Shown: positions 40,002 through 53,220 of the stretch, in pieces
Numbering within the stretch: the stretch's first letter is position 1
Layout: each line of letters begins with the position of its first letter
NCBI RefSeq assembly: GCF_006345805.1
Contig: NC_043001.1
Location: forward strand, 55,986,001 to 56,050,000
DNA from: Octopus sinensis
Lineage: Eukaryota
Direction: 5' to 3'
Length of the DNA stretch: 64,000 nt
Translations under genes and position numbers: made by a program
The notes under the pieces: generated by a model
Told to the model about the DNA's origin: nothing
What the model saw: the letters and a program-made list of their open reading frames with translations, nothing else
Database searches by the model: none

Positions 40002-40388
40002 ATGAGTTTGTATAGATTTTTACTTTCATTTTCTAGTTTTAGACATTGGATTGTGGCGGTGTAGTACAAATTTTCAAAGGTAACCGATTATATTTCAAGA
40101 AATGATGGTTCTCTTTTCGGCTTCGATAAAAGCACCGTTTATCTTGGTGGGATTTTAACTCAGATAGTGAACGAACAGAAGCCAAATAACTAAAGGCTTT
40201 TTGTCAAGCGCTCTACCGGTTCTGCAACACAGGAATTAAAACAAGAATTTTTTTGACAAGGTGGTAAAGCTTCTTTTTCTGAATGTGATATAAAGACAAC
40301 CACACATACACAATTATATTATTGGCATTTATTTCTTGATAGATAAATAAACAGATAGATAGATAGATAGATAAATAAATAAATAATG

Positions 40389-40787
40389 CAGTGGCTGTGT
40401 GGTAAGTAGCTTGTTTACCAGCCACATGGTTCCGGGTTCAGTTCCACTGCGTGACACCTTGGGCAAGTGTCTTCTACTATAGCCTCGGGCCGACCAAAGC
40501 TTTGTGAGTGGATTTGGTAGACGGAAACTGAAAGAGGCCCGTCGTATATATGTATATATATATGTGTGTGTATATGTTTGTGTGTCTATGTTTGTCCCCC
40601 CAACATCGCTTGACATCCGATGCTGGTGTGTTTACGTCACCGTAACTTAGCGTTCAGCAAAAGTGACCAATAGAAAAAGTATTAGGCTTACAAAGAATAA
40701 GTCCTGCGGTCGATTTGTTCGACTAAAGGCGGTGCTCCAGCATGGCCACAGTGAAATGGCTGAAACAAGTAGAAGAGTAAAAGAGTA
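40389..40787 (+). mobile_element. SINE family A, full length, well conserved
   Basis: Complete head (B-box-like GGTTCAGTTCC), internal (TA/TG)n, tail ggcggtgctccagcatggcc..gaaacaagtagaagagtaaaagagta. Confidence 0.9.
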
Positions 40788-41421
40788 GATAGATAAATAA
40801 AATAGATAGATAAATAGAGCTAGATAGATAGAGTGAGAGAGAGAGAGAAAGAGAGAGAACGGGGCGGAGAGAGCAAATTCTATACCAAATTAATTTGAAC
40901 AATTAGTAGCATGGTATTAAAACTTCACAGTCATAAAGGACCCAGTCTGTTTTTTTTAATACTTTCAGAGATTTTAGTCGGTTATATCTCATTCAATCCT
41001 TTGTCAGATATTATTTTATCGATCCTGCAAGGGAAGCATCCAAATGCTTGACTGTATTTTATCGCTGAATCAATTCTGTCATTCTCCATTGATACATACA
41101 CGCACACATACATACATACATGCGTACGCACGCGCAGGTGTTTGCGCATACATATCTTTATCATACATCACACAGTTCAAGATAAGGGACTGTAAACGCA
41201 TAAAATCAGCAGACACCGACTGGATAAATAAAGGAGTCAATACAATGTAGAATATATTTATGTATTATTTCGTTGATAGTGAATTCAAAGTTACCTAGTT
41301 TATAGCATATTCGAACTGCATAAGACACCACTGGCGAAAATTCAAAAGCTGCTGTCAGCAAAACAATGATAAATATATGTATGTATCCATATGTATATTT
41401 GTGCTAGTGTGTGTGTGTGTT

Positions 41422-41464
<43 letters not shown>

Positions 41465-42329
41465 AAATCACACGCATAAGCACACACATGCACGCGCACG
41501 CTCGCTCGCGCGCGCACACTATCAAGATTTGTATGAAATGTTCCTGGCTTTCAAGTTCTGGTGCCGCTTGACAACGCTGTGTGTCTTTTAACTGCGCTTC
41601 GAAGCGTATATGTGTGATGGTTGTAGCATTGTACAAATATCGGTGGGTTAGTACGGAGTTAGTAAAACAACAAAATCTATCAGCTACTTTTTTCTTAAAC
41701 TAAATGAAGTATTGCACTTAAAATAACACAAATAATATGATAGTGCAGGGTTCTTTTGAAACAAAAGCAATGACTACTTACTATGCATCTATCTGGATCA
41801 AATACCAACTTAATCTATGAAGGAATGGAAATAACCCAACACGCCTAGAAAAAATATCGTCGGCGTGGAATCATATGCTGAATGCAACACAAGTTAATCA
41901 AACTTATCCGAGTTACACTTCTTGTGGCCAAGTTCTTTGGCCTCAAAAATTTCAAATCTCCTGGTGGTTTCTGACAATTTGTTTTCATGCTTCTGTGTTC
42001 TTTTCACAAGACACTATTTCGTCGGTTGATGTCCTTGATATACTATCATTGAAGATAAAGCAGGTGAGCTTAAATAATACACCTTATATTTAGAGGTTTG
42101 CTCATTCTGGTTGGCCGAACACAACCACCACCAACTGTAGAATAAGCAACAAGTCATGGCTACCTAGTGTACTTCTTTCATACTCCTAAAGCACCTAGGA
42201 AAACCATCTACACCACAGCTTTCCAAATACTCCCTGTCCTGTGATATGAGGTGTTCAAATCTATTAAAAAACGTCTTAAATAGTTTATCCAGCGTACTTA
42301 TTTAAGCATGTAGGATGTGTAAGACATAT

Positions 42330-43240
42330 CGTTGTCGTTGTTTAGTCAAGATCAGCCCTGATCGAAAAGAAACTTGAGATATAAAGACGTTTCAGCGTTG
42401 AACATCATGTCAGCTTGCGACCGAAAAGTACGTTGTCTTATAAGATACCCTTTCTTTAAGATGGTAGAGTGTGATTTGAAGGAGATTTGGCAATTATAAC
42501 TAGCAGTTCAGTGACAACGTTGAGACTCTCGCGTCAGCTCATTCGTTTGTTGTAGCTGGTGTTCTTTAACCCCAGGTAAGCGCTGGCTGGAAACAGCTAT
42601 GATAAATGATGTTCTACCTATGGCTTTCTCGATTTTTATCCTCGGATATTGCACATGTGTGAATACATTTACTGCATGTCCTCCATTTTCAAGACGCTAG
42701 GGTGTAAGTAGAGGAGGATTTGGTTGGCATTTTTGACGAGCAATCTCGTAGAAGTAGACAGATCTGGTTGCATCGCTGTTAGATTGTTGTTGTTATGTTG
42801 ATGATGATGATGGGGTTGTTGTTGTTGTTGTTGTTGCTTAGCCAGCCCTGAGCGACAATCCCTAAATTACCCTTAAATGTAGAGAACCAAGATCTATGTG
42901 ATACTATATGCTCCTTTTTAAAAATCTGCTCGATGTGATTTGAGGGAGATTTAGTTGTTATTTGTATTACATCTACGTAGATGCTCCCTCGCTGGTAAGT
43001 TGTAGTAGACGATGTCATGATACAAATGATCACTCGGTCTCGTAGAAATAGCAGCCAAATCATCCTCAAGCCACAACGGTATCATCTTGAAAAAGAAAAT
43101 ATTGGCTAATTGTTTGGATACAAATTACATTGGGAAAAATAATATGAAATATTGTCATGATTTGAACGTCTTTGATCGTATCCAACCTAAGTAATGATCA
43201 AAGACGTTTATCGAAACTAGCCTTGGGCTAAACAACAACA
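42330..43240. mobile_element. Cluster of four family D copies (last one inverted)
   Basis: Three copies with (TTG)n on +; 43040-43240 in the opposite orientation, ending ttgggctaaacaacaac. Confidence 0.65.
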
Positions 43241-43444
43241 ACACCAACACCAAATAGCAACAACAAGAACAACAGCAGCAGCAGCAGCAACAACAACAAC
43301 AGCAACAGCATGGCAACAACATAACATTGTAGATATTGTTGCTAATGCAATTGCATTTGCTGCTGCTGTCGTTCCTGCAGTTTCAGTTGTTGCACGCATC
43401 GCACACTTTACACATGTCACCAAACACACACACACATATATGCA

Positions 43445-43485
<41 letters not shown>

Positions 43486-43579
43486 TCACTCGCACGCGCG
43501 TCGTTATACACACACGCGACACACACCGCACCACAGGCTGCCATATCTGTGATTCCTTCCAACCACCCATTCCCACTTA

Positions 43580-43890
43580 CCCACGTCACCATCTTACCAC
43601 CTTGCAAAACCCACCTCGTCCTCACCTGCTCTTTCTCCCCCCCCCATCCCTTCATCGCCGCCGTTGCCATCAAATATGATGCAGACTTGATGACGTGTCG
43701 TCCGTCTTGCGTGCCTCCATAGTATGAATCACATAACCACATCCCTATAATTAAGAGGCCATCCTTACAGAGTAGAACTGAAACAGCGGGAGTGCCGCCG
43801 GGAGATGATTGATGTCGGTGGCGTAAGGAAGGGGAATATTGCGCTGCGCTGTGTGTCTATATAAGTGGATGTGCAACGAATATATCTGTT
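43580..43890 (+). promoter_or_regulatory. Candidate Pol II promoter
   Basis: Locally GC/CpG-richer unique DNA with CACGTCA 43582-43588, TGATGACGTG 43688-43697, TGATTGAT 43806-43813 and TATATAAG 43858-43865. Motif evidence only. Confidence 0.35.
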
Positions 43891-43960
43891 TATTAATGAA
43901 ATTATGTGTGTGTGTGTGTGTATGAACGTAAATATGTAATTGTAAGTTTGCATGTACGTA

Positions 43961-44045
<85 letters not shown>

Positions 44046-44872
44046 CCTACCCCTCTCTCTCTCTACCTACCTATCTATATGCGTGTGTACGTAAACGTAT
44101 GCAGTACCTATGTAATTCCTTTATGTGTATAGTGTGTATCTGCGTATGTAGAAATGTGTCTGTGTGTATCTGCCCCTATGTGAATGTGCATATAAATATG
44201 AGTGTGCGTCTTTGTATGTAACTGACCGTATATGCTTATGTATCGTATGTGTGTGTATATTTGTGTACGCTGTTTTTGTATATTAATGCATGAGAATGTG
44301 AGCGTCTGCATATATGTGTATCTATGTATGTAAATGTGTATTTATATCTGTACGAGTTGTGTTTGTGTGTGTGTGAATACTTGCTTATTTGTTTGTGCAG
44401 GTTCATGTGTAGCTGTGTGTGTATATGTATGTCTATGTGTATATATCTGTGTTTGTATCTACCTGGGTATGTGCAAGTGAATGTATTTGTGTATTTTATG
44501 CATATGTCTATGTATGTAAATGCGTGTGTGCTTGCATTATATATTTTTGTGTGTATGCAGACATGTGTTAATGTCTTTCTGTATGTGAATACTTCAGTTA
44601 CCGTTTCTGTGTATATATACATCTATCAGTATATACATCTATATAATTGTATACCTGCATATATAATTCTATATTTGACTTGCTTTGTACAATAGTACTA
44701 TGCAATTTATAACATCCACATTAGTGCAGGCATGAAAAGTAATTTATTATGCACTAAAATAAATTACTTTTGCATAATGTTGGCTGTGAAACGGCCGTCA
44801 TCCTATGGATATCATCTGGTGAAATAAATATATTCATCTCATACCTCCTGACTTTTCTTTATATTCTTCATA

Positions 44873-44875
44873 ATG
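44873..44875 (+). CDS. Candidate start-codon exon end (ATG|GTATGT) of the putative secreted-peptide gene
   Basis: ttcataATG|gtatgt: A at -3 and a consensus donor; phase 0 fits the acceptor at 46254. One of two alternatives (see findings). Confidence 0.3.
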
Positions 44876-45189
44876 GTATGTATCTCCGTATGAATGTATG
44901 CTTCTGTAGCTCTTGGTATGTTTGGTCTGTGGTATATATTTATGACTTGTGAGCACATTCTGTGTGTGTGTGTGTGTGTGTGCTTTTCACTATATCTATG
45001 TAGCTATGCAGAGTGTAGTTGTATTCGATGCACATACGTTTACAATGACATGGCTGAATATTTACGAAGTTTACTTTATCGTCACAAAATTCTGGGTTAA
45101 TCTTACAACGCGGAAGCTCAAGGGAGCTCTACAGATGGAGTGTGAATGGAATTCGAACGGCCAACCTTGTCATGTGCTCACAAGAAATA

Positions 45190-45465
45190 AGAAAAATGAA
45201 AACGGTCAGAGGTCCTTCCCGAGCCAAAGAGGTCCATCCGAGCCATAAAGCCGGTTTCTCGGATTCTGTGATTTACATATTTCCCACAGTGGACGAGACG
45301 ACGCTCCATCACGGAATTGATCCTTTTCCCAGCTGAGTGGACTGAAGCAACAAGAAATGAAGTGTTTTGCTCAAAAACACAATGCACCGCCCAGTCCAGG
45401 AATCAAAACCACAATCTGTCAATCATGAGTGTAATACACTAACCACAAAGCCACGCACCTCCACT
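45190..45465 (-). mobile_element. SINE family C
   Basis: cccagctgagtggactgaagcaac..gaaatgaagtgttttgctcaa..acacaa is the reverse complement of the family C core. Confidence 0.7.
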
Positions 45466-45687
45466 TACCACATATAATCAAGCCGATTATTCTGAAGATT
45501 ATTAAAGGTGAAGCTCTTTGTGGAATAACAGCCATTTATAGTTAGGCATGGCTATGTGGTAAAAAAAATCCGTTTCCGGTCCCTCTGCGTGACACCTTAG
45601 GCTAGAGTTCTTTTTATTATAGCATCGCCCCAACCAAAATCTTGTAAGTAGATTCGGTAGCCTAAAATAATTGAAAGAAGTCCGTTG

Positions 45688-45723
<36 letters not shown>

Positions 45724-46120
45724 CGTATATTTGCCATTTAAATATGGCTAACCCCTAAGGGTGGATGCTACTGTAGTTTGTAGCCCCAGGAGGACACCTC
45801 CTCCAGCTGGCTATAGACACACTTTCTGTGCCCTGACGTTATTGCAATATTCTTTTGTTAATAGCTTTTTTGATGTTTTATTAATTTTTTCCACTGAAGT
45901 GAATGGTAATACCTAATTAAATTAATTTAATTACTATTTTGATTATTATTATAATTAATTTAATCTTTTCCATGCTTTCCTACATGTCAGTATTATCATT
46001 CGAAACGATCGTATGGATTAAAAATTTATAAAAACTCTTAGCATCTCTTCTCCGTTTATTAACTGTTAGTTGGGTTTATATAGGATTTTATCCTGTAATA
46101 CTCATAACAAATTTTCAATT

Positions 46121-46182
<62 letters not shown>

Positions 46183-46254
46183 GTATATATATATCTGTGT
46201 ATGTGTTTGTGTGTGTGATTGTGTGTGTCCTTTATTTCAGGGCGCACGAGATAG

Positions 46255-46388
46255 TTGCAAACGAGCATTATCCTCGTATCTGCTGTGCTGCTCATTTCTA
46301 ATCTGCAGTGTAAAACATTTCCGGTCTTGGAAACCGGAAGTTCATCCAGTCGTACAAAATCTGTCTTAACGAATTATAACCCATGCAA
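46255..46388 (+). CDS. Putative coding exon (signal peptide + pro-region) of an unknown small secreted protein
   Basis: Open frame LQTSIILVSAVLLISNLQCKTFPVLETGSSSSRTKSVLTNYNPC; donor CAA|GTATGG, phase 2; upstream tcctttatttcag and gatag acceptors. Confidence 0.5.
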
Positions 46389-46607
46389 GTATGGAAGAAT
46401 GGACGTTAAAATGATTGCGATTATAAATATATATATTCATTTGGGTTCCAAGTTGCACCATAGCAACCTATATAATTGGCTAAACTGGCTGTATAAACCA
46501 TGAGAGATTCACCATCAGAAAGCATTTTTTTTGCTTTTTTAAATAAAGATTTGTACTTAACAACACCAATTACATTATACGTGTGTGTGTGTACGTGTAT
46601 GTGCGTG

Positions 46608-46679
<72 letters not shown>

Positions 46680-48234
46680 TGTGCACGCGCGCGCGTTGAA
46701 TAGATGCTTATATGCATGCTGCCTCTGCATTTGAAATGACGGCAAATATTTCCTACATCTAAACTTCTATTCATTTCTGGTGAACCTGTTCTAAGATTTT
46801 AAAGAGAAATTCCTGCTGTAAAAAGAAAAGAATATAAATTCACAAAGAATTTCAATTTAAATTAACCTTTTAAATTCCGAAAGAATTTCCAAAGAGAATA
46901 ATATATTCACTTCTCTTTCTGGTCGTTTCTTTGTCACAAACAATTGCCCCCTTAAGGTTAATTGTCTTTTTAAAGCCTTAGAATATTTCACTAAGGTACA
47001 ACCAGATAATTGGAAGAACGTAAAGGCTTATATTGAATGATCAAGATTGCTTTATGGCACGATTTTAGCAAGATATTCATTTCAGGAACCAGAAAAATAA
47101 CTTCTAACAAACATTTCCATGCATCTTTGGTTTTTAGAATAAACAAATCTGATGGCATTTAAAATCGAATGGTCGATCCTTAAACATGTCTTCCCAAAAT
47201 GCATATGTCAGCTTTCATTCGAATTTGCTCACTAATTTATGCCTAAGTGAAAAGCTCTTTATTCTAATTCAGAATATTCATATCTTAACTGAAGTGTTTG
47301 AGATGTTGGGATGTTGCAGGCATGCTTCAAAATATGTATTTTATAATTATGTACCTGTAATAAGATGGTGGCAGAAATATTTCGAATATTTTGAACGGTA
47401 TAGAGCTTATTGCCTCCGTGTTTGAGATTTATGAGGTTTTAAGGATTTCTAAAATGTTAGACGTGTTTCACTTACACTGTTTTTATAAGTGATTTTACAG
47501 TGTTTCTATAATTTTTTTTTATATATCTTCACACATATACACGTGTTTTTTCATATCGTTTAAAATTCTTTCTTAACAATACGTCATTTTGCATAACCTT
47601 ATCTTCTCTCACCTAATTTCCAAGTAATAAAACCTCTTGGTTCCCATTTAACCAATCATCACTTGTTATGGCAGTCAAAGATCTCACCGGCATATCTATT
47701 ATATGCAATATTTATGTTCCACGTTTTTTGTTTTATATAGAATTATCAGAAGATCGGAACAAGAGACTCGGAATAATGACTTCAAAAGTTTCAACTTCCA
47801 ATTGATTTTATGATTTATCCAGTTGGATATAAAATATAGAAGTTTTTCAGTAGATTCATCTGTTCTGACTAATTTTATATATCACACCACATGACAAATA
47901 ACCTTAAGTTGATGGTCACGCAAGGATTGAATCTTCTTTTACACTGACTAAAATGTTCTACTGAGGAGGACTTGGAACGGGGTAAGATCACTCTTTTCCC
48001 TTTATACTGTATATAAGAAGTTAATTCTCTGGTGTGTTTTTCCACCAACATTTGTCGAGAACTTTCGTGAAAAGTATTCGCTAAGAGTCATTACTCTGTG
48101 AAATAAGTATGTATCTTCTTGAGCATACATGCACACAAACACACACATATATATATACATATATATAGATGTGTGTGTGTGTGTGTGCATATGTACATAT
48201 GTACATATATCATGTAAATAAGTATATATTTCTC

Positions 48235-48289
<55 letters not shown>

Positions 48290-48383
48290 ACACACATATA
48301 CATATATATATATATTATATACATATATAAGCAGAAATAAAGACACATAAGTTGTGCATCTGTGTTTGTGTGTATGAGAGAGT

Positions 48384-48430
<47 letters not shown>

Positions 48431-49352
48431 TGAGAGAAGCAAAACAGCAAAGCTGAGAGGAAACAGAAAATTGTGTACCCATGTCACAGACCTTTGAGAA
48501 TTGTGAAAGGATGAAGATTAAATTAGAAATTAGCAATTATCTTTATTATAGCATTAATGAATTTTAATAATAATTATAATTTCTAACAGAAGCACAAAAC
48601 CACAATTTGGGGAGTGGGGGAAGGAAAGGGCTTTACCATTGAATCGACCCCATCCCCAGTACTTGACTAGCATTTTATTTTATCGCCTTGAGAAGGATGA
48701 AAGGCAAAAATTGACCTCAGAAAGATTTGAACTCGTATTGAAAAGAGACGGAGCTAAATACAGCAAAGAATTTTTTTTTGTCTGTAACTTTAAGGATTCT
48801 GTTAATCCAGCGCTTTTAATAGTAATGGTGATGATGATGCTGATGATGATGATTAAAGAAATATTTGTTCTACTGTACATTTCTTTGTGTGTGTGTGTGT
48901 GTGTGCGCGCGTTTGTTTTATTTTTCGATATAAAATTCATTAGATTCGAAAATGTAATTAATTTGTGCAACATTGTCAGACTTCAAATAATTTTCAAAAT
49001 AATGCATTTCAAAACATTCCGTGTTCTGCAATTTTTATTGGAAGGATTTCTCAAAATTAAAAATAAATAAACACATAATTGAATAAAAATGAAATCAAAA
49101 TGGTATGGCGAGAAAAGTACCGAGAGAATTTCACCATGTTTCTTTATTAAGATTTAGCAAGAAAGAATGCTGTGGAATCGGTATAGTGGTGGACAAACTA
49201 TCTTGCAACATTTAAGCAATATTTCTCTACGTTCTGAGTTTAAAGTGCTCCGAACTCTACGTCGCCTTCAATCAGTTTGCAGTTAGTAAGATAAGAGCGA
49301 GTTAAGTACTGAGATTTACATATATATATATATATAATATATATATATATAC

Positions 49353-49386
<34 letters not shown>

Positions 49387-49427
49387 GGAGAGAGAGAGAG
49401 AGAGAGAGAAATAGATAGATAGATAGG

Positions 49428-49680
49428 TATTCTTTTATTCTTTGTTTCAATCATTTGACTGTGACCATCCTGGAGCACCGCCTTTAATCGAATACATCGA
49501 CCCCAGGACTTATTCTTTGTAAACCTAGTGCTTATTCTATCGGTCTCTTTTGCCGAACCGCTAAGTGGCGGGGACGTAAACAAACCAGCATCGGTTGTCA
49601 AGCGATAGTGGGGGAACAAACACAGGACACAAACATACACACACACAAACACCCATATACAACATACATACATACATACA

Positions 49681-49714
<34 letters not shown>

Positions 49715-49742
49715 CACATAAATACATATATATATATGTATG

Positions 49743-49775
<33 letters not shown>

Positions 49776-49955
49776 TAATATATTATATTATCTATATATA
49801 CGGCGGGCTTCTTTTAGTTTCCATCTACCAAATACACTCACAAGGCTTTGGTCGGCCCGAGGCTATAGTAGAAGACAGTTGCCCAAGGTGCCACACAGTG
49901 GGACTGAACCCAGACTCATGTGGTTGGCAAGCAAACTACTTACCACACAGCCATA
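49428..49955 (-). mobile_element. SINE family A, full length with expanded internal microsatellite
   Basis: Reverse-complement tail, (TACA)n(TA)n, head. Confidence 0.9.
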
Positions 49956-50464
49956 CACATACACACACATACATAAACTCATACATACATATAGCACACA
50001 TGCGTGTGTGTATGTGTGTATATGTACACTTCAATAAAAATTTGTGGCTTTGTGCTCAATGTTAAGTATCATATATCTTAAGGTTGGTAGATTATAAGAA
50101 TTGTTCGAGTGTTGGTTAAATATCCTGTAGTATTTAGTTACTGTTCTTTACGTTCAGACTTCAAATCACGTCGAGGTCGACTTTGTGTTTCCTCTTTCTG
50201 AGATTCGATAAGTATCAGTAAAATCCTGGGGTCGATCTGTTCCCTATCTCAAATGAGTGATTTTGTGCTGCTTTTCTTAGATGTAATCCTTAACATTTCG
50301 TAGAATCTTTATTGAGCCAATAAACGTGTGTTCATGATATACAGGTTTGGAATAAGAATTGTTACTATTATATCTGGAACGCTTTTGATCGTTCTTATAT
50401 TTAGACTGGTGCTGAATGGACAAGTGAGGCTGCGACGTGAATGCGCCCTTCGTGGCTACTTTAC

Positions 50465-50608
<144 letters not shown>

Positions 50609-50997
50609 GAGTAATTGACCCCGTTACGAAACTGATACTTCATCAATGCCGAAAAAATGAAATGCAACGTTGGCCCCAGTACGTTTTGACCTTAGAGCAA
50701 AGAAACCTTGAACCAATTATCCAGACATTTTATCAGACAGTCTATAGAGACCCTGTCAATTCGTCACTTTAAGCCTTTGATCATTGGTTTGCTCAAACTG
50801 TGCTAACTCGCAGAAGAATGTCAACCAGTTCTTGAGACTTAGAGCACCAAGTATTACTCTGGCATCAAAGTACATAAAACAGTTACATCCAGGTTTTATC
50901 TCTCTGTGGGAGAAAAGTGAAGCCGATCTGGTTAACTACTACTCTTCACAGATCTTCATCATAAAAAAGCTATCTTGTTTCCACAAGTGATAAACAT

Positions 50998-51205
50998 ATT
51001 CTTTTCTACTCTAAACACAAGATCCGAAATTTTGGGGGAGGCAGCCAGTCGATTAAATTGACCCCAGTACTGGTACTTACTTTATCGACCCCGAAAGGAT
51101 GAAAGGCAAAGACGACCTCGGCGGAATTTGAACTCAGAACGTAGCGGCAGACGAAATACCGTAAGCATTTCTCCCGGCGTGCTAACGATTCTCCCAGCTC
51201 GCCGC
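50998..51205 (-). mobile_element. SINE family B, well conserved
   Basis: Close reverse complement of 59807-60022. Confidence 0.9.
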
Positions 51206-51589
51206 ATTAAGTGATAAGTATATTATATTTATAATGCGTACAGACTAAGACTTGCTTAAATTAGTTTATTTAATTTTCATAACTGTGTTGCACTGACAAT
51301 GTGGGTTAATTAAATCATAGTGCACTAAACAACATTTTAAAATAATTTGAAACCCTTTTTTTTTTACTTGTATTTAAAAAAAAATAAACATATAATTTTA
51401 GCTGCGCTGTAAAGAAACAGCAAGTGGTTACGTCACAGGATATTTTTTCTATGTCGGCAGAAGAAAAAAAATTGGGGATCGGTATGCTTCATAGAACTCT
51501 CAGGCTCATCACAGCGTAGTCCAAGTGTGAAGGGAACGCAATAAAGCGACAGGCAGACAGCCAGCCAGACAGATAGATAGATAGAGATG

Positions 51590-51622
<33 letters not shown>

Positions 51623-51945
51623 TGGAGAGAGAGATGAGAGAGAGAGAGAGAGAGAGAGAAGATGGAGGGAAGGGAAAGAGAGAAACAGCATGCATAGGTT
51701 TTGTTGAAGACAGCAGAGAGTTAGTTAGTACAAAATTGAGCAGCGACGTAGGTGGCCCTTGTCGTATCGATAAATGGAATAGAAGACTGAACACAACGGA
51801 AATCCAATAAACGGAAAGTATTAATGAGTGTAGGGAATGTTTCTGTATCCACAGAGGTACACATTGTTGCTGCTGTTTAGCCCTTGGGGAAGTTTAAACG
51901 GGCAAAGGATGCTTCACCAGTGATTAACATATCTTTGCTTCAGAT

Positions 51946-52206
51946 TTGTGGTTCTCAACCTTGTGGACTATATAAGATTTTGGTGGCTCCACACAGCAAA
52001 ATTGTATATTAGGGATCCACGGCAATATTTTACGGGTCCATACATAGTTTAGCCAACACAAATAGATGTATGATAAACAAAATAGGAATTTTGAAAGAAG
52101 TTTCTATAAAACCAGTTTTTAAACTCTGGATGGCTAAGGAAATCCACCAGAATAAAACAGTAATCAAAGGGGGCCATAGATAAAAGAAAATGGTTGAGAA
52201 TCACTG
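51946..52206. mobile_element. hAT (Charlie-like) MITE
   Basis: TIRs ttgtggttctcaac / gttgagaatcactg; flanks cttcagat / ctccaggc match at 5/8 (possible decayed TSD). Confidence 0.75.
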
Positions 52207-52527
52207 CTCCAGGCAGTGTATTTAGTTTCATATCATCCAACAGGCACCTTCTTTTGTTGACGGTAATAAGCCTCCATGAAATCCCGCCTTACCGTGATTT
52301 GAGGGAGCTTTTGGTTACTGTGTCTAGCTGGTGGAACAATCAGATGATCACTGAGAGCTTCTTTCATACATATTCTTCCTCAGTGTTGTCCTGGTGACAA
52401 AAATATAGTGGTAGCAACAATGAAGTGTATTGGATAAAACGAATAATGCGGCAACTATTGGAAGATTTCATGCATGATATAATATAATTTGCAGTAGTTC
52501 ATAGACAATAGTCTACACACACACACA

Positions 52528-52571
<44 letters not shown>

Positions 52572-52689
52572 TCACTCACTTACACATACACACACACGTC
52601 TTGCGGCATCAAATCTTTAACGTTTGGTCTTCCCATTAGAACACTGTCACACCTTGAGGCGCATCGTACCAGTGAGACAGTCTCCACAC

Positions 52690-53220
52690 AGTCGACCTAG
52701 AAGAAATAGTAGCCAAAACTACCTCAAATGATAGCCCAGTGTCTTAGAAATGGACCCATTGATCAATGCAGTCCTGGGCTTGAAAAGACGGGTTGTTCAC
52801 ATCATATGTCTGGTCAACCAGGACTTGCCAGGGGCTAAACAACGATACAAAAGCCAATATGGGATCTTCTGTCTCTTAAAAATAGCAGCCAGATCTTAAA
52901 AGGAAGGAAAGGGCACATTCGTTCATGTAGTCCGGGGTACAATTTGCCAGGAAAAAAAATACAAGTCATGGCTGAATTGCATTTAGTGATAACTCTGTTC
53001 GATCAGAACCAAACTGAGGATAAAACCAACAATAAGCAAATAAGGACGCCTTTACGCTAAAAATAACAGCCAAATTTACTTTAAGAGGTTGTATCTTTAT
53101 AAAAAGAAGCTACATTAGATAGTAAAGTCATTGTTATACTAATAGTGGATTGGTCATGAATAGGCAAAACCTCTGATGAAGAGAAAACTCAGCAGCAGTA
53201 ATAAAAATAACAACACCTTG
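52690..53220 (+). mobile_element. Cluster of family D copies in + orientation
   Basis: gtcgacctagaagaaatagtagccaaaact..ctcaaat head and ggggctaaacaac tail. Confidence 0.6.

Noticed and set aside
43230-43410. (CAA)/(CAG) tract resembling polyQ coding sequence
   Set aside because: It is the expanded tail of a family D element; no sustained ORF or splice sites.
44730-44775. AT-rich hairpin as a miRNA precursor
   Set aside because: Stem about 17 bp and very AT-rich; inadequate without small-RNA data.
45725-45822. Probable retroelement 3' end abutting (TA)n
   Set aside because: Single occurrence in the window; support is only my recollection.
46315-46490. ETS (CCGGAAGT), RFX-like and CCAAT motifs as a promoter
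   Set aside because: They overlap the putative coding exon and adjacent intron; short motifs expected by chance.
47925-47981. Strong donor GGG|GTAAGA as an extra coding exon
   Set aside because: No good acceptor, and the phase-compatible frame contains a stop.
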